Assembly: GCA_964016885.1 (NCBI GenBank) | Contig: CAXHJY010000502.1 | Coordinates: forward strand, 32,266-96,265 | DNA length: 64,000 nucleotides | Direction: 5' to 3' | DNA from: Eledone cirrhosa | Taxonomy: Eukaryota | Part shown: positions 60,466 through 64,000 of the stretch, one piece after another | How positions within the stretch are numbered: the first letter of the stretch is position 1 | Layout: each line of letters starts with the position of its first letter | Notes under the pieces: model-generated | Databases searched by the model: none | Told to the model about the DNA's origin: nothing | What the model saw: the letters and a program-made list of their open reading frames with translations, nothing else | Program-made: the position numbers and the translations under genes

Positions 60466-61075
60466 ATGGTGGCTGCCAACTCGTTTTCGAGTACGGCCAC
60501 TACTTTATATCCATGTAGGAGAACCCCTACCGATGCGCTGAACGACTGTGACTTTTTAGTCCAGCCAGCGACTTGAAAACTCTGGTACAAACACTACACT
60601 TGTGACAATTATTGACACATAGTGCTGGGCCCATGGTACCATGTGACGACAAGTGCAGAGAGATCTCCAGATATAAAGCAATGCCTGTGCCGTGAAGCTT
60701 TTATAGTGAGCAAAGGCACTGCACAAAGCCAGTCCCACTCTCTTAACCAAGATGATATTTACCAAAAAGAAGAACAAGTCAACATCATTGGATACCATCA
60801 GGGTTGCAGGTGTTATATCAGAGTTTTCCTTCTCCTAGAATTCTGCCTTGACAAAGGCTAAGGGGTCATCTCTCCCGGTGATTTTGGATGGCCATTGACT
60901 CTTAAGAGCTCCTTTGCCCTTTGACAGGTTTTGTTTTTAGTCCTGCAGGATGTCCAAAGTCACCCTCCTCACCAAGAAACCTTGGTGGGGTTGCCAGTTT
61001 AGTCGCCAACGACCCGACCATGAGACAGGTTGTACTGGGATACATGTTACCAGTAACACCAACTGGTGACCTGAC
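60466..61075 (-). mobile_element. Bipartite non-autonomous RTE derivative, second subfamily
   Basis: Tail ggtggctgccaactcgttttcgagtacggcc resembles 28180 and 37917. 60690-61075 is collinear with 37990-38502. Confidence 0.82.
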
Positions 61076-61109
61076 ATATACATATATATATATACATATA
61101 TATATATAC

Positions 61110-61140
<31 letters not shown>

Positions 61141-61203
61141 CATATATATATACATATATATATATATACATATATATATATACATATATATATACATATA
61201 TAC

Positions 61204-61250
<47 letters not shown>

Positions 61251-61307
61251 CATATATATATACATATATATATATATACATATATATATATACATATATA
61301 TATATAC

Positions 61308-61354
<47 letters not shown>

Positions 61355-61686
61355 CATATATATATATACATATATATATTATAAGTCGGTTTTTTACCTA
61401 TTTTTTACCTATTTTTTACCTACTCTTACCTAATCCCATTATCTTATCTACTCTTGTCTGTTCTCTTATCCATGTGTCTACTCTTGTCTGTTCTCTTATC
61501 CATGTGTATGCTTGTATGTAACTATATGTTGACAGCACACCGCCCAACTGTGACTGATAGCACCCCTTATTTTTATTTTTATTTTTATTTTTACTTTTAT
61601 TTTTATTCTTATCCTCTATCGTCTATTATTACCTTTCATTCTTCAATGTCTTGGATTTGTTATTGCTTGTATGGTATGTAATTAAC

Positions 61687-61744
61687 CTTTATGCTCTGAT
61701 GAGTCCCACTTATAGTGCGGATGAAACAATGTTAGCAAGTAGAG
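61687..61744 (+). ncRNA. Type I HHR (block A, copy 3)
   Basis: Same; TAAAG>TAGAG keeps pairing as U.G. Confidence 0.88.
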
Positions 61745-62087
61745 ATATGCATATGCTATAAGCGTTCTTTGTTATTTATTTATTATTTTACGGCTCTGTC
61801 CTCAGACATTGAGCTAACCTCATACTGCCTGCTGGATAAGTGGAGTGTTATACACCCCTGATCCTTTCCCTAGCATACTATATATACATATATATATGTA
61901 TATATATATACATATATATTTATACATATATACATATATATATATACATATATATATATGTATATATATATACATATATATTTATACATATATACATATA
62001 TATATATACATATATATATATGTATATATATATACATATATATTTATACATATATACATATATATATATATACATATATATATATAC

Positions 62088-62150
<63 letters not shown>

Positions 62151-62271
62151 CATATATATATATACATATATATATATATACATATATATATACATATATA
62201 TATATATACATATATATATACATATATATATACATATATATATACATATATATATATACATATATATATAC

Positions 62272-62302
<31 letters not shown>

Positions 62303-62397
62303 CATATATATATACATATATATATATATACACATATATATATACATATATATATATATACATATATATATACATATATATATACATATATATATAC

Positions 62398-62464
<67 letters not shown>

Positions 62465-62482
62465 ATACATATATATATATAC

Positions 62483-62561
<79 letters not shown>

Positions 62562-62752
62562 CATATATACATATATATGTTTGTGTCTATATTGTATCTG
62601 TATTATTTTTGACCGTCGGTCAGTCAATGGCAACATTGAGGACCGAGTAAGTTAGATATAAAAGACAGCGAGAAGCGAAAACCAACCAAACAGTGAGTGT
62701 GTTCTGTCATTAATTCTGGCAATATTACGCAAATATGACCCTCCCCAAGTAT

Positions 62753-62839
<87 letters not shown>

Positions 62840-62926
62840 CAAATACATATATATATACATATATATATATATACATATACATATATATATACATATATAT
62901 ATATATACATATACATATATATATAC

Positions 62927-62957
<31 letters not shown>

Positions 62958-63012
62958 CATATATATATACATATATATATACATATATATATATATACAT
63001 ATATATATATAC

Positions 63013-63065
<53 letters not shown>

Positions 63066-63118
63066 CATATATATATACATATATATATACATATATATAT
63101 ATATACATATATATATAC

Positions 63119-63149
<31 letters not shown>

Positions 63150-63204
63150 CATATATATATACATATATATATATATACATATATATATATACATATATAT
63201 ATAC

Positions 63205-63251
<47 letters not shown>

Positions 63252-63583
63252 CATATATATATATACATATATATATTATAAGTCTGTTTTTTACCTATTT
63301 TTTACCTATTTTTTACCTACTCTTACCTAATCCCATTATCTTATCTACTCTTGTCTGTTCTCTTATCCATGTGTCTACTCTTGTCTGTTCTCTTATCCAT
63401 GTGTATGCTTGTATGTAACTATATGTTGACAGCACACCGCCCAACTGTGACTGATAGCACCCCTTATTTTTATTTTTATTTTTATTTTTACTTTTATTTT
63501 TATTCTTATCCTCTATCGTCTATTATTACCTTTCATTCTTCAATGTCTTGGATTTGTTATTGCTTGTATGGTATGTAATTAAC

Positions 63584-63641
63584 CTTTATGCTCTGATGAG
63601 TCCCACTTATAGTGCGGATGAAACAATGTTAGCAAGTAGAG
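63584..63641 (+). ncRNA. Type I HHR (block A, copy 4)
   Basis: Same as copy 3. Confidence 0.88.
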
Positions 63642-64000
63642 ATATGCATATGCTATAAGCGTTCTTTGTTATTTATTTATTATTTTACGGCTCTGTCCTC
63701 AGACATTGAGCTAACCTCATACTGCCTGCTGGATAAGTGGAGTGTTATACACCCCTGATCCTTTCCCTAGCATACTATATATACATATATATATGTATAT
63801 ATATATACATATATATTTATACATATATACATATATATATATACATATATATATATATGTATATATATATACATATATATTTATACATATATATATATAC
63901 ATATATATTTATACATATATACATATATATATATACATATATATATATACATATATATATATGTATATATATATACATATATATTTATACATATATACAT

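Overview
Gene-free, extremely AT-rich animal (metazoan; cephalopod-like repeat content, not proven) DNA. Roughly half is (TA)n/(TATACA)n microsatellite and nearly all the rest is retroelements inserted into it. No host gene is supported; the Ile/Tyr-repeat ORFs are microsatellite artefacts. Protein-coding mobile elements: three Penelope-like elements (PLEs; RT plus C-terminal GIY-YIG) and two further PLE 3' fragments, RTE-clade LINEs and two bipartite RTE derivatives, R4/Dong-like RLE retrotransposons in (CATA)n, and a CR1-like stub. The main hidden signal, read by eye: about 30 type I hammerhead ribozyme (HHR) motifs of about 12 sequence types. They lie in PLE terminal repeats and in non-coding retrozyme-like tandem arrays with units of 310 bp, ~322 bp, ~607 bp and ~1.9 kb. 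Many have non-canonical cores (U3-A8, U3.G8, C4, A4), an A.A or U.U at the base of stem II, very large stem II domains, or palindromic stem III. Pairs of diverged families show compensatory base changes. Many insertions have two arms whose RNA 3' ends both face outward into (TA)n. Together this suggests a PLE-driven, microsatellite-targeted community of self-cleaving RNA replicons. All folds are manual predictions; none has been computed or tested.
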